From positions 1 through 8,564 of IMG/VR virus record IMGVR_UViG_2695420596_000003: 8,564 nt of DNA; one strand, given 5' to 3'. The position numbers and the translations under genes are program-made. The notes under the pieces are model-generated. The model ran no database searches. It was not told the origin of the DNA and saw nothing but the letters and a program-made list of their open reading frames with translations. Source of the stretch: a virus. Taxonomy: Duplodnaviria; Heunggongvirae; Uroviricota; Caudoviricetes. Shown here one piece after another: positions 1 through 7,938 of this stretch. Position 1 is the stretch's first letter; every line of letters begins with the position of its first letter.

Positions 1-660
1 TTCTGTTGCGGTCGTTGCATCCCTGGCTGCATTACCGGCTGCACTTTCTGCCGTCTTTCTTGACAATTCAGCTTCTGCTGCACTTTGTGATGACTCACTG
101 GCTTTTTGAGCGGCCGCAGAGGCCGAGGACGAGGACGCCTCCTCTGACTGCTTTGCAGCGGCTGCACTTTCTGCCGCCTGCCGGGCTGACTCCGATGCAT
201 CCCCTGCTGAAGTGTCAGCATTTGCAGCGTTCTCTTCTGCCTGACTGGCTGATATGCCGGCATTCCTCGCGGACGTCTCCGCCTCTCCGGCATTCTTCTT
301 CGCCTCCTCAGCGTGACGCGCCGCTTCTTCCACCATCAGTTCAAAACGACGCAGTGCCTCCGGCCGGACGTCATCCTCCGACATGGCACCGAGAAAATCA
401 TTCAGCGTACCGGGTTGAGAATCTTCATACACGGTGATGGTCCCGGCATGTGACGGCGGGAATCCTTCCACCAACAGAATGACGCTGTACTGACCGTACT
501 CAACGTCCATGCTGTAACGACCGGCTTCATCCGGATTTTCAGAGGCCACCGTGTTCACCACCACCGTGCTGCTGGTCCGTCTGGCTTTCAGTTGAATGGT
601 ACAGTTCTCTACCGGTTTTCCTGTGCCGTCTTTCAGTACACCTGAAATCTTTACTGCCAT
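1..660 (-). CDS. stf: Side tail fibre protein Stf, N-terminal 220 codons (5' partial; gene continues beyond window start)
   Basis: Minus-strand frame is open from ATG at 660-658 to position 1 with no stop (absent from the ORF track because it lacks a stop). Translation begins MAVKISGVLKDGTGKPVENCTIQLKARRTSSTVVVNTVASENPDEAGRYSMDVEYGQYSV..., near-identical to the lambda Stf N-terminus as remembered, then enters an Ala/Ser/Glu-rich low-complexity region. Possible SD GGGGTG upstream. Confidence 0.85.
   Translation of the reverse strand, partial: MAVKISGVLKDGTGKPVENCTIQLKARRTSSTVVVNTVASENPDEAGRYSMDVEYGQYSVILLVEGFPPSHAGTITVYEDSQPGTLNDFLGAMSEDDVRPEALRRFELMVEEAARHAEEAKKNAGEAETSARNAGISASQAEENAANADTSAGDASESARQAAESAAAAKQSEEASSSSASAAAQKASESSQSAAEAELSRKTAESAAGNAARDATTATE
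37..176. repeat. 18-bp perfect direct repeat (cggctgcactttctgccg at 37-54 and 159-176) within the stf low-complexity region
   Basis: Identical 18-mer seen twice, 122 bp apart; encodes a recurring AESAA peptide on the minus strand. Confidence 0.6.
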
Positions 661-670
661 ATTCACCCCA

Positions 671-698
671 CAAAAAAGCCCGCCTGAAACGGCGGGCT
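671..698 (-). terminator. Putative rho-independent terminator downstream of lom
   Basis: Perfect 8-bp stem agcccgcc (677-684) / ggcgggct (691-698) with a 6-nt loop; on the minus strand it is followed by TTTTTTG (complement of 671-677). Confidence 0.55.
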
Positions 699-724
699 GT
701 CATAACACGGTGTTACCTGGCTAA

Positions 725-1324
725 TCAGAACTTATAACCGACACCCACGATGAAACCGTCAGTGCGCCAGTCGCCACTGCCGGAGCCTTCATAAGCAATA
801 TCAATGGCCACGGATTCGGTCGGGTTAAACTGCACGCCAGCCCCCCACGCCAGAGACGTGTTGCTGTGGCGACCGTCATCACTTCCGGTCAGCACATCGT
901 GCGTTTTCCCCTTGTTGTCAGTTACGCGGAGATAATCCCCGGAGAAAGTCGACACACGGCTGTAAGCCACTCCCGCCATCGCATACGCGCTGAACCATTC
1001 ATTCACGCGCACAGACGGCCCCGCCATTACGCTGAACCAGCGGTTACGCACGGAATCTTCATGCCAGCGGGTATCGCTGTAACGGGTAATCTGGCGATTC
1101 CTGTCTCCTGCATAGCTGAATGACGTCACCAGCCCCAGCGTGTCCGTGAATTCATAACGGTATTTCACGTTAATCCCGTTAAGATTATCGCTACCGGGAG
1201 CGTTCGTCCGGGCATGAAGATACCCCGCGCTCAGCGTGGCCTGCTGCTCAGACGCCCATGCAGGCGCACCGGATACGGTCAGACAAATGGCTGCGGACAA
1301 AATGGCGGCATAAAGTTTACGCAT
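725..1324 (-). CDS. lom: Lom, outer-membrane beta-barrel protein of the Ail/Lom/PagC/OmpX family
   Basis: 199-aa ORF with an N-terminal signal peptide ([24 protein letters not shown]) and C-terminus ...[29 protein letters not shown], matching lambda Lom as remembered. SD GAGAGG 7 nt upstream. Position after J matches lambda gene order. Confidence 0.9.
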   Translation of the reverse strand: MRKLYAAILSAAICLTVSGAPAWASEQQATLSAGYLHARTNAPGSDNLNGINVKYRYEFTDTLGLVTSFSYAGDRNRQITRYSDTRWHEDSVRNRWFSVMAGPSVRVNEWFSAYAMAGVAYSRVSTFSGDYLRVTDNKGKTHDVLTGSDDGRHSNTSLAWGAGVQFNPTESVAIDIAYEGSGSGDWRTDGFIVGVGYKF

Positions 1325-1345
1325 AATTACCTCTCGCTTTTCTGC

Positions 1346-1372
1346 AATAAAAAAGGCGTCATTTCTGACGCC
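1346..1372 (-). terminator. Putative rho-independent terminator between J and lom
   Basis: 7-bp stem ggcgtca (1355-1361) / tgacgcc (1366-1372) with a 4-nt loop; on the minus strand it is followed by TTTTTTATT (complement of 1346-1354). Confidence 0.5.
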
Positions 1373-1390
1373 CGTTCTGGGTTATAAAAT

Positions 1391-3778
1391 TCAGCTGATA
1401 CTGATACCTGCTGTGGATTTTTTCATCACCACAACCAGCAGATCGCTGATACTTGCTGTGGGATACCAGTTATTTACCAGCCATGCTGACACCGAAAACT
1501 CCAGCGTCATGTGACCGTGACCGGCAGGCATATCAATAACGCCACTGTAAATCAGCGTATTATCCAGCGCGGTACGGTTATAAATTTCAGCACCGTTTTT
1601 CCGCACTATCAGACGGCATGAGGAGTAAATATCAGTATGCTCTCTCTCATGTTTAGCGCCGCTGAATGCCACCGCCGGAATAACAATTTGCCGGTCAAAC
1701 GGCTGATCGTCATAAACCCTGACGGTAATGGTCCCTGATGGCCACCGCTCCGGTGCACGGGAATCCCGGGGGAAAGCTTTGCCCACTGTTTTAACGAGAT
1801 CGCCTTCAATCTGGTTCGCGGACAGTTTTCCCAGAACCCGACAGTTCTCGTTAATCGTGACGTTGTTGAGCGTCCCGGAATTCGCATTCACGTTACCGCT
1901 GATATCAGCATTTCTTGCGGTCAGCCTGCCCTCCGGCGTCAGGGAAAACGTCGGGGGATTGCCGGACGAGGTGATACTCACCGCAAACAGCCGCTTCAGG
2001 AACACATCGTTCATGAACAACTGATTCCCCTGCGCCACAAATAACGGCGTGGTGTTGCCGTCCTCCGGGTTAATCATCGCAATACGGTCAGCCAGCAGCA
2101 GTATGTTGCTCAGGGGCTGGCCATCAGTATCCTCAATCCCCGCTCCAATACCGGCAACATAGGGTATGCCATTTTTTGTTTTCTGTACCTTCAGCATGTA
2201 AAGTGCAGCAAGGTCATCATTTGTGTCCTTCTGCACGCGCTGTATCTGCTGTATGGTGGCGCTCTGGTCTTCCAGCGTTTTACTGACCGTCTGTGTGATT
2301 TCATTGCGGGTTTCGGTGATGGTGGTCTTCATCTCCGCCATCTCATCCGCAAGCTGGCTGTTGTCTATCAGCTCCCACAGCCCCTGAGCCAGATGCAGTT
2401 TTCCTATTTTTTCCCGAAACAGTCCCAGATACCCTTCTGCATCATTGCTGGCCCGGCCACTGGCTTCCACAAAAGCAGATTTCCCCACCAGGTTGACGCT
2501 GCGCACGTAAAACCAGAAATCCTTCCCGGGCTTAATGTGCGGGCCGGATACACTCCACTGACTGCCGGTCCCCAGATAACGGGCAGAGGTTTCCACCTGA
2601 GATATGTCTGCGATTTTTGCCTCCGAAAACCAGAACTCAAACTGTACCGTCGGGTCATACACCGCAAGACGCGGGACCGCTGTTATCTGAAAATAGCCCG
2701 GTGTCAGCTCAATCGTGGCGGGTACCGCAGGTGCATTAATCCTGAACGTGGTGGTGGCCGGTTCGCCCTGCTGGCCATAACTGTTAATTGCCCTGACTGT
2801 CAGGGTGTATTCCCCGAGCGGCAGGCCGCTGAAACGGTGCTCCGTGTCTGCGGTGATGGCGGTGGTCACCAGTCTGGCATCCGTTCCCTTACCACTGGTC
2901 AGGCGCAGACTGAAGCGCACGCCCTTCACCACCCGCGGCGTGTCCCATTTAGCCTGCGCCAGATACTGGCCGTCAGCTGCACTCACCTCCACCGTCAGGT
3001 GCTGTACTGCCGGTGGGATGACGCTGTTCAGGGAACCTGACTGCGGCTCAAAGCGGGCACCGTTATCCACGATGGCTTCTTTTTCCGGTACGTGCTGCAC
3101 CGCCGTGATGGCAAAGGTGCCGTCCGTGTTTTCCCGGACGGAGACACAGCGGAACAGGCGACGGCGCAGTGACGGCAGGGACCAGAGCGTCTTATTCTGC
3201 AGCTGGTCCGAGGTGCTGTCCGCTGTCTCCCGGACCATCCGGATGTTAAAGGGCCGCTCAGGCAGATTATCCAGAATCACCGACGCCAGAAACTGCGAGG
3301 TGGTCTTGCCGTTAATGGTGACATCCTTTTCCGTCACCCAGTTACCGTTACGCTGTAACTGAATCAGCAGGCGGACGGATGTCGGGTTTCGGTCACCCTT
3401 TGACGTGGTCTGCACCAGTGACTGCACCCCGAAGGTGACCCGCAGGCGGTCAATGTTCGCGGATGTAATGGTGCGCGTCACCGGCTTTGCCTTCGTCACT
3501 TCCACGCCCAGTGCGGTTTCCGCCCCGGAGGACTCAAAGCCTTCAGGTGGTGTCTGCTCCTGCTCCCCGGCGCGCCAGACCGCGGTCACACCATGTATCA
3601 CAGGATTACCGTCCGTGTCCGTCAGCGGGGTTTTGTTCACCAGGATACTCTGCAGCCCCTTCACCGGACCTTCAATCGGCCCTTCACCAATGGCGTCAAT
3701 CACGCTCATCATCTGCGTGGATTTGAGATTGTCCTTCGCCTCACGAGGTGTGTGCGCCCTGCCGCCACCTTTACCCAT
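1391..3778 (-). CDS. J: Tail tip / host-specificity protein J (central tail fibre), shortened 795-aa form
   Basis: N-terminus [22 protein letters not shown]... and downstream blocks ([34 protein letters not shown]; [27 protein letters not shown]; [18 protein letters not shown]; [20 protein letters not shown]) match lambda gpJ as remembered. SD GAGAGG upstream of ATG at 3778. Length is about 340 aa short of lambda gpJ (1132 aa from memory). Confidence 0.9.
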   Translation of the reverse strand: MGKGGGRAHTPREAKDNLKSTQMMSVIDAIGEGPIEGPVKGLQSILVNKTPLTDTDGNPVIHGVTAVWRAGEQEQTPPEGFESSGAETALGVEVTKAKPVTRTITSANIDRLRVTFGVQSLVQTTSKGDRNPTSVRLLIQLQRNGNWVTEKDVTINGKTTSQFLASVILDNLPERPFNIRMVRETADSTSDQLQNKTLWSLPSLRRRLFRCVSVRENTDGTFAITAVQHVPEKEAIVDNGARFEPQSGSLNSVIPPAVQHLTVEVSAADGQYLAQAKWDTPRVVKGVRFSLRLTSGKGTDARLVTTAITADTEHRFSGLPLGEYTLTVRAINSYGQQGEPATTTFRINAPAVPATIELTPGYFQITAVPRLAVYDPTVQFEFWFSEAKIADISQVETSARYLGTGSQWSVSGPHIKPGKDFWFYVRSVNLVGKSAFVEASGRASNDAEGYLGLFREKIGKLHLAQGLWELIDNSQLADEMAEMKTTITETRNEITQTVSKTLEDQSATIQQIQRVQKDTNDDLAALYMLKVQKTKNGIPYVAGIGAGIEDTDGQPLSNILLLADRIAMINPEDGNTTPLFVAQGNQLFMNDVFLKRLFAVSITSSGNPPTFSLTPEGRLTARNADISGNVNANSGTLNNVTINENCRVLGKLSANQIEGDLVKTVGKAFPRDSRAPERWPSGTITVRVYDDQPFDRQIVIPAVAFSGAKHEREHTDIYSSCRLIVRKNGAEIYNRTALDNTLIYSGVIDMPAGHGHMTLEFSVSAWLVNNWYPTASISDLLVVVMKKSTAGISIS

Positions 3779-3911
3779 AATGTTCCTCTCAATTGGTATT
3801 ATTAATCGCAGTGATAGGATATTGCACAGCTATTGCGCGATATCATCAGAACGCTGTTTGTTACCCTGTAACCAGCAAGCTCAGTCTGTTAACGGAATTA
3901 ATGAGGGTTTT

Positions 3912-4439
3912 ATGAAATGTAAAATCATTGCTGCCATTGCCATGCTGACAGCAGCATCATGCGGATACGCAGCAGAACAGGAAGTCCCAATGAACCTTGT
4001 CAGTGCTGACGGAAAAGAAGTCAGCATTGGAAAAATAACCATTCAGGAGACCCCCTACGGTCTGCTGTTCACACCAGCCCTTCACTCTCTGTCTGAAGGC
4101 ATTCATGGTTTTCATGTGCACGAAAAAGGAAATTGCGCCCCGGCACTGAAAGACGGAAAACCGGTCGCAGCATTATCGGCTGGCGGTCACTTTGACCCGA
4201 AAAACACCGGCAAACATCTTGGCCCCTGGTCTCCGGATGGACACCTGGGCGACCTCCCTGCGCTGTTCGTGACGCATGACGGAAAAGCGAACTACCCGGT
4301 CCTGGCCCCGAGACTGAACTCATTAAAAGAGATTAAAGGGCGTTCTCTCATGCTTCATGCTGGCGGTGATAACCATCATGACCATCCGGAGCCCCTGGGC
4401 GGTGGTGGTGCGAGAATGGCCTGCGGCATCATTCAATAA
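3912..4439 (+). CDS. sodC: Periplasmic Cu/Zn superoxide dismutase (prophage-borne SodC)
   Basis: 175-aa product with a signal peptide ([20 protein letters not shown]) and Cu/Zn-SOD motifs [31 protein letters not shown] and C-terminal [19 protein letters not shown] 5 nt upstream of ATG at 3912. The longer ORF-track entry 3405..4439 is an antisense-to-J extension of the same frame. Confidence 0.92.
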   Translation: MKCKIIAAIAMLTAASCGYAAEQEVPMNLVSADGKEVSIGKITIQETPYGLLFTPALHSLSEGIHGFHVHEKGNCAPALKDGKPVAALSAGGHFDPKNTGKHLGPWSPDGHLGDLPALFVTHDGKANYPVLAPRLNSLKEIKGRSLMLHAGGDNHHDHPEPLGGGGARMACGIIQ

Positions 4440-4445
4440 TCAGTC

Positions 4446-4474
4446 AGGTAAGGGGCGGGCCCCTTACCTTTATT
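4446..4474 (+). terminator. Putative rho-independent terminator of sodC
   Basis: 10-bp GC-rich stem aggtaagggg (4446-4455) / ccccttacct (4460-4469) with loop cggg, followed by TTTATT. Confidence 0.6.
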
Positions 4475-4586
4475 CCTCAGGACGATAAATCCTTTCTCCC
4501 TGAAAAGAACGGCACATCCTCCCTCTCTGAGTTAATGTTTTTGTCGTGACATAAGAATAATTCCTTACACTCAATCTTCGTAACTC

Positions 4587-4630
4587 TCCCGCAGTTCCTG
4601 TCCGTGAGCACTGCGGGATTTTTTCGCTTT
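4587..4630 (+). terminator. Second plus-strand rho-independent terminator abutting the 3' end of gene I
   Basis: 9-bp stem tcccgcagt (4587-4595) / actgcggga (4610-4618) with a 14-nt loop, followed by TTTTTTCGCTTTT (4619-4631). Confidence 0.5.
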
Positions 4631-5310
4631 TATGCCTGCCGCCCGATAACCACCACCTTCCCGTCACCGCCTTCATCACGGGTACTGATGTCCTGGGATA
4701 TACGGCGGGAGCCAACCAGCATTTCACCGTAAGGCACCGGCATCGGGTTCCCCTGGGCAATCATGTTATCCAGCGAGGAAAAGTACGTGTTCTGTCTGCC
4801 GTTATCCGTGCTTTTGTACTCCGGTACTTTAGCCTTCGGGGCCAGCATCTGAGCCACACCACCCAGAATCATGCTGGCCCCCAGAGAAAACAGCATCGTG
4901 GTGGCAGAAAAACCACCGGCTGCCAGGGCTGAACCCCATAACGCCATTGATGCCCCGGCCGTGAAGAACGACCCCACGATGGCTGCCGCCCCCAGCACAA
5001 TCTGCAGTCCGCCCTTTCCGGCTCCGGCCAGTCGCGGCACAATATGGATGACCGCCCCCTCACCCAGAGGTTCGTGAAGACGGGCGTACACCGCCTCCGG
5101 TGCCGTGTCCTCACCGCGAATACGTATCTGGTACCAGCCTTCGTTCATCTGACGGCGGAATCCCGGCATCTGCATCGACAGGGCACGGATGGCTTCCGCT
5201 GCCGTGTTCACATACAGGCTGAGGCGGCGGCCAAATCGTTGTAAATCCCCGTGAAGGCAGATACGTGCCAGTGGCGGTGACGCCAGGCTGAATGCGTTCG
5301 TCGTTGCCAT
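4630..5310 (-). CDS. I: Tail tip assembly protein I
   Basis: 226 aa: MATTNAFSLASPPLARICLHGDLQRFGRR ... QIVLGAAAIVGSFFTAG ... GASMILGGVAQMLAPKA ... NTYFSSLDNMIAQGN, matching lambda gpI as remembered. Overlaps K by 103 nt, the same arrangement I recall for lambda K/I. Confidence 0.9.
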   Translation of the reverse strand: MATTNAFSLASPPLARICLHGDLQRFGRRLSLYVNTAAEAIRALSMQMPGFRRQMNEGWYQIRIRGEDTAPEAVYARLHEPLGEGAVIHIVPRLAGAGKGGLQIVLGAAAIVGSFFTAGASMALWGSALAAGGFSATTMLFSLGASMILGGVAQMLAPKAKVPEYKSTDNGRQNTYFSSLDNMIAQGNPMPVPYGEMLVGSRRISQDISTRDEGGDGKVVVIGRQA

Positions 5311-5951
5311 TTTTCGGAATACCTCTCCCGTTTACTCAGTTGTTCAGGCAGATGGTGAAGCAGCTCACCGTTGCCGCAGTATATGGCGGCATGATTGGCC
5401 ACCGATGCGCCAAAGCAGCACAGCAGGATATCGCCAGGCTGTGCGGAAGGCAGGGAAATCCTGTAAAAACCAGTCGCCTCCATATTGTCCAGGTACAGGT
5501 TCTGACCGTTGCGCCACCAGTCATCCTCACGCTCAAAATCCGGCATATCAATTCCCGCCAGATGGTAGGCATCCCGGAACAGCGTGTAACAGTCCGTCAC
5601 CCCGTGCTCAAAGCGCCGTCCTGTCAGATGTGGCACACAGCGGAATTTATGAATTTCCCCCCGGCAGACCAGCCACCAGGACAGTGCACTTTTTATCTGC
5701 AGCCGCCGGTCGGCCTCGCTCAGCCAGGGCAGACCACCGGGATGACTGTGGACCAGTGCCACAATCTCCCCCTGCATCTCTGCCCGCAGCCAGTCTTCCG
5801 GTGCAATACGAAAATACGCCTCCGGCTCTGCAGAGATATTCACACAAGGGATATACCGCTCCCCCTCCGGCGTTCTCACCACGAAGCCGCACGACTCCGC
5901 AGGCACACACCGCCGGGCATGCGCCAGAATCGCTGATTCTGTCTGTGTCAT
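5208..5951 (-). CDS. K: Tail tip assembly protein K (JAMM/MPN metalloprotease-like plus NlpC/P60-like domains)
   Basis: 247 aa starting MTQTESAILAHARRCVPAESCGFVV, matching lambda gpK as remembered. JAMM motif HSHPGGLPWLSEAD is present; Cys in GVTDCYTL and His in ANHAAIY fit an NlpC/P60 Cys-His pair. Confidence 0.9.
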   Translation of the reverse strand: MTQTESAILAHARRCVPAESCGFVVRTPEGERYIPCVNISAEPEAYFRIAPEDWLRAEMQGEIVALVHSHPGGLPWLSEADRRLQIKSALSWWLVCRGEIHKFRCVPHLTGRRFEHGVTDCYTLFRDAYHLAGIDMPDFEREDDWWRNGQNLYLDNMEATGFYRISLPSAQPGDILLCCFGASVANHAAIYCGNGELLHHLPEQLSKRERYSEKWQRRTHSAWRHRHWHVSAFTGIYNDLAAASACM

Positions 5952-5956
5952 TGGAT

Positions 5957-6655
5957 TTACTGCGAAAGTTTGTTAATGGAAAGGAAACCGCCAAAATTAG
6001 CCACCATGCCGCGCATCTCACACCCGCGCATGCACTTGCTGCATCTGTCCTTACGGATATCGGTGGTGGGTTTATCGAACTCATCCGCCACCGCAGGACC
6101 GTTATACCCGCATTCATCTCCCCGGTAATCCCACATACAGGTGTTCGCCAGCATGATGCGACCGGGAAACAGCGCTCCGTCCGTCTCCGTCGGTGTTGCC
6201 AGCACAAACGAGGCTGTCATGGCCGTCAGCTCTGACATCTGCTCCACCACCCAGCGGTCGCTCAGCTCCTGCTCCGGGTCCGCTTCCGGATTGCCCGCCA
6301 CAAAATTCACCGCATCCAGAAAACGCGCATACACCCGGCGGCGGACCACCGTGGCACCCACCAGGCTCTGCAAATCCTCCGCCATCCCGGTGACAAGACC
6401 GAACAGATTGGACACCGTCAGCGACGGGCGGGCACTGCAGCCCTTTCCGTTCATCTCAAAGCCACTGCCGTCAATCGGGTATGCCTGATATTGCCGCCCC
6501 TGCCAGGTAACCGCCTCCCCTTTTTCATTCAGCTCATTGCAGAAAAAATACCGCTCACCACCCTGTACCGTCAGGTCGATTTCCCAGAGTACCACCCGCG
6601 GTGACTGCTCTGATTTAACCGACTCGTTCAGACTTTCTTCGTGAATATCCTGCAT
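5957..6655 (-). CDS. L: Minor tail protein L (tail tip, Fe-S cluster protein)
   Basis: 232 aa: MQDIHEESLNESVKSEQSPRVVLWEIDLTVQGGERYFFCNE..., with a C-terminal cysteine cluster (CMWDYRGDECGY ... DRCSKCMRGCEM) as in lambda gpL. Start overlaps the M stop (ATGA). Confidence 0.92.
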   Translation of the reverse strand: MQDIHEESLNESVKSEQSPRVVLWEIDLTVQGGERYFFCNELNEKGEAVTWQGRQYQAYPIDGSGFEMNGKGCSARPSLTVSNLFGLVTGMAEDLQSLVGATVVRRRVYARFLDAVNFVAGNPEADPEQELSDRWVVEQMSELTAMTASFVLATPTETDGALFPGRIMLANTCMWDYRGDECGYNGPAVADEFDKPTTDIRKDRCSKCMRGCEMRGMVANFGGFLSINKLSQ

Positions 6656-6984
6656 CAGTTCACCACCTGCTTAAACTCCGCGCTGAATTCAACCCGCAGC
6701 ATGCGAACCCGTGATGACCAGGCGGCACAGGTCACCTTTATCTGCCGCCAGGCATAAGGCGGTGTCCACAGAAACGCCTTCCAGCCACCGTGCTCTGCCA
6801 GGAATGCCTCCAGATGTCGGGCCTCCTCCCGGGTCACGGAAAGCGTCACACGGTATGTTTTCAGGTCAGCATTCAGCCCCGCCGCCATACGCTGCGAATA
6901 CCCGTCACCAAAACGCACTTCACGCACCGATGGCTGCGAGTTCACCTCCATATCCGGCTTCACTTTCCAGCGAAATGTTTTCAT
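6655..6984 (-). CDS. M: Minor tail protein M
   Basis: 109 aa: MKTFRWKVKPDMEVNSQPSVREVRFGDGYSQRMAAGLNADLKTYRVTLSV..., matching lambda gpM in sequence and length as remembered. Start overlaps the H-remnant stop by 4 nt. Confidence 0.9.
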   Translation of the reverse strand: MKTFRWKVKPDMEVNSQPSVREVRFGDGYSQRMAAGLNADLKTYRVTLSVTREEARHLEAFLAEHGGWKAFLWTPPYAWRQIKVTCAAWSSRVRMLRVEFSAEFKQVVN

Positions 6985-7229
6985 CGCCTGCCTCCGGAAA
7001 AGACGCCGCCATCACGCATCTGCGCCTGAATCTCATCCTGCGCCCCCTTGCGGGCCATGTCATACACCGCCTTCATCAGCTGCGGCCCCGCCTGTCCGTT
7101 GGTGCCGTCGTTCTGAATCACCACGTGATTGTTCTGATTAAAACTAATGCCTTCCGCCCGCCGCATCTGCGCCGGACTTCCGGCACCGCCCACATAACCA
7201 CCTTCCGCATAATGCAGTTGTGACAGCGC
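6981..7229 (-). pseudogene. H: 3'-terminal remnant (~82 codons) of tail tape-measure gene H
   Basis: Frame ends ...NNHVVIQNDGTNGQAGPQLMKAVYDMARKGAQDEIQAQMRDGGVFSGGRR* and overlaps the M start as lambda H does, resembling the tape-measure C-terminus. The frame is closed by an in-frame stop at 7230-7232 only ~83 codons upstream; the 'M' in the ORF track is a GTG. A full tape-measure protein is ~850 aa. Confidence 0.8.
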
Positions 7230-7236
7230 TCATCAT

Positions 7237-7266
7237 ATTATTCAGTTGTTGCTCTGATATATTCAT
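7237..7266 (-). pseudogene. A: 5' stub (~10 codons) of terminase large subunit gene
   Basis: ATG at 7266-7264 overlaps the Nu1 3' end, as the lambda A start overlaps Nu1. It encodes MNISEQQLNN (lambda gpA starts MNISNSQVN from memory), then runs out of frame into H-derived sequence and terminates after ~40 codons. Confidence 0.5.
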
Positions 7267-7744
7267 CAAGTAAATCCGGTAATTTATCCCCTGCCCGCGC
7301 ACACTGATTTGCCCCCTTAGCAATAAGGGTTTTCAGATGGTCAAGATGGCGCGGTGTTAAATCAGGAAACTGTCGCTGCATGGATAAAGGGATGGAATCA
7401 AGCGTACTGGATAACGCCATTGCCAGCTTACTGAGGGCAAAAATACAGAATCCGGTGTCAATAAGCTTACCTTCGGTTACCTGATTTTTAAGTTTTTGAG
7501 CTACGGCCTGTTCTTCTGTCAGTTCAGCTCTGGCCCGAAGCAGCCTTTCCTCCAGATCGCCCTCGTCATCAGGTATTCTCTGATTGTGTTGTCGCCGCTC
7601 GCGATCTATCTCCAGTACAGTTTTAACGTCATAAAAAACTTCCCTCCCCCGACGCTCAACAGGAGGAACGCCCCATTTATCAAATGCCTGAACAGATATA
7701 CCGATGGAGGAGGCCATATCACTTTTATTCAATAAAAAGGCCAT
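7238..7744 (-). CDS. nu1: Terminase small subunit, Nu1-like (NohA/NohD-like)
   Basis: C-terminal half ...TGFCIFALSKLAMALSSTLDSIPLSMQRQFPDLTPRHLDHLKTLIAKG...LPDLLDEYIRATTE aligns with lambda Nu1 (TAFCTFVLSRIAGEIASILDGLPLSVQRRFPELENRHVDFLKRDII...LLSEYIEQSG) as remembered. Start chosen at ATG 7744 (MAFLLNKSD..., preceded by GGAGAGGAG) by alignment with the lambda N-terminus; the ORF-track start at 7849 and the ATG at 7762 are alternatives. Lies ~190 bp from cosN as in lambda. Confidence 0.8.
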   Translation of the reverse strand: MAFLLNKSDMASSIGISVQAFDKWGVPPVERRGREVFYDVKTVLEIDRERRQHNQRIPDDEGDLEERLLRARAELTEEQAVAQKLKNQVTEGKLIDTGFCIFALSKLAMALSSTLDSIPLSMQRQFPDLTPRHLDHLKTLIAKGANQCARAGDKLPDLLDEYIRATTE

Positions 7745-7938
7745 CTCCTCTCCATAAGCCATCGATAAAAAGCGATACAACAACCATGTGTTTTTACAAA
7801 ACCATTTGATATCATTGACATTTTTCGCATTGACGACATCAAAACACATCGTAAGGTTGTTGTATTTATTTTATTTTCACCTTACTTATCAATTAGATAT
7901 ACCAAACAATTAAACAACAACTCCCCCTCAAAAAATCT

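Noticed and set aside
6-437. Plus-strand 143-aa ORF at the window start
   Set aside because: Antisense to the stf N-terminal coding region, which matches lambda Stf closely; Pro/Leu/His-rich, non-protein-like composition.
1609-3362. Plus- and minus-strand ORFs inside J (2393..3040 of 215 aa, 2805..3362 of 185 aa, 1728..2024, 1609..1887, 2404..2667)
   Set aside because: Fully contained within the well-supported J coding region in other frames or on the other strand; no RBS or homology signal.
3405-3911. N-terminal extension of the sodC frame (the ORF track gives 3405..4439, 344 aa)
   Set aside because: The upstream 169 codons are antisense to the J 5' end and lack SOD similarity. The SodC signal peptide and SD begin at ATG 3912.
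3779-3911. Specific sigma-70 promoter for sodC (for example TTGCAC at 3822-3827, or TATCAT at 3841-3846)
   Set aside because: Candidate hexamers do not pair with acceptable 16-18 bp spacing, so no specific promoter is reported; one probably exists in this interval.
4470-4760. Minus-strand 96-aa ORF overlapping the 3' end of I and the intergenic terminators
   Set aside because: Overlaps I in another frame and spans two hairpin terminators; no homology or start signals.
5405-6235. Long plus-strand ORFs (276 aa at 5405..6235; 214 aa at 5292..5936) and a minus-strand ORF (186 aa at 5647..6207) overlapping K and L
   Set aside because: They lie antisense to, or out of frame with, K and L, which have clear lambda homology. 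Their products are Pro/Arg/Ala-rich low-complexity sequences typical of spurious frames in GC-rich DNA, with no start context or recognisable motifs.
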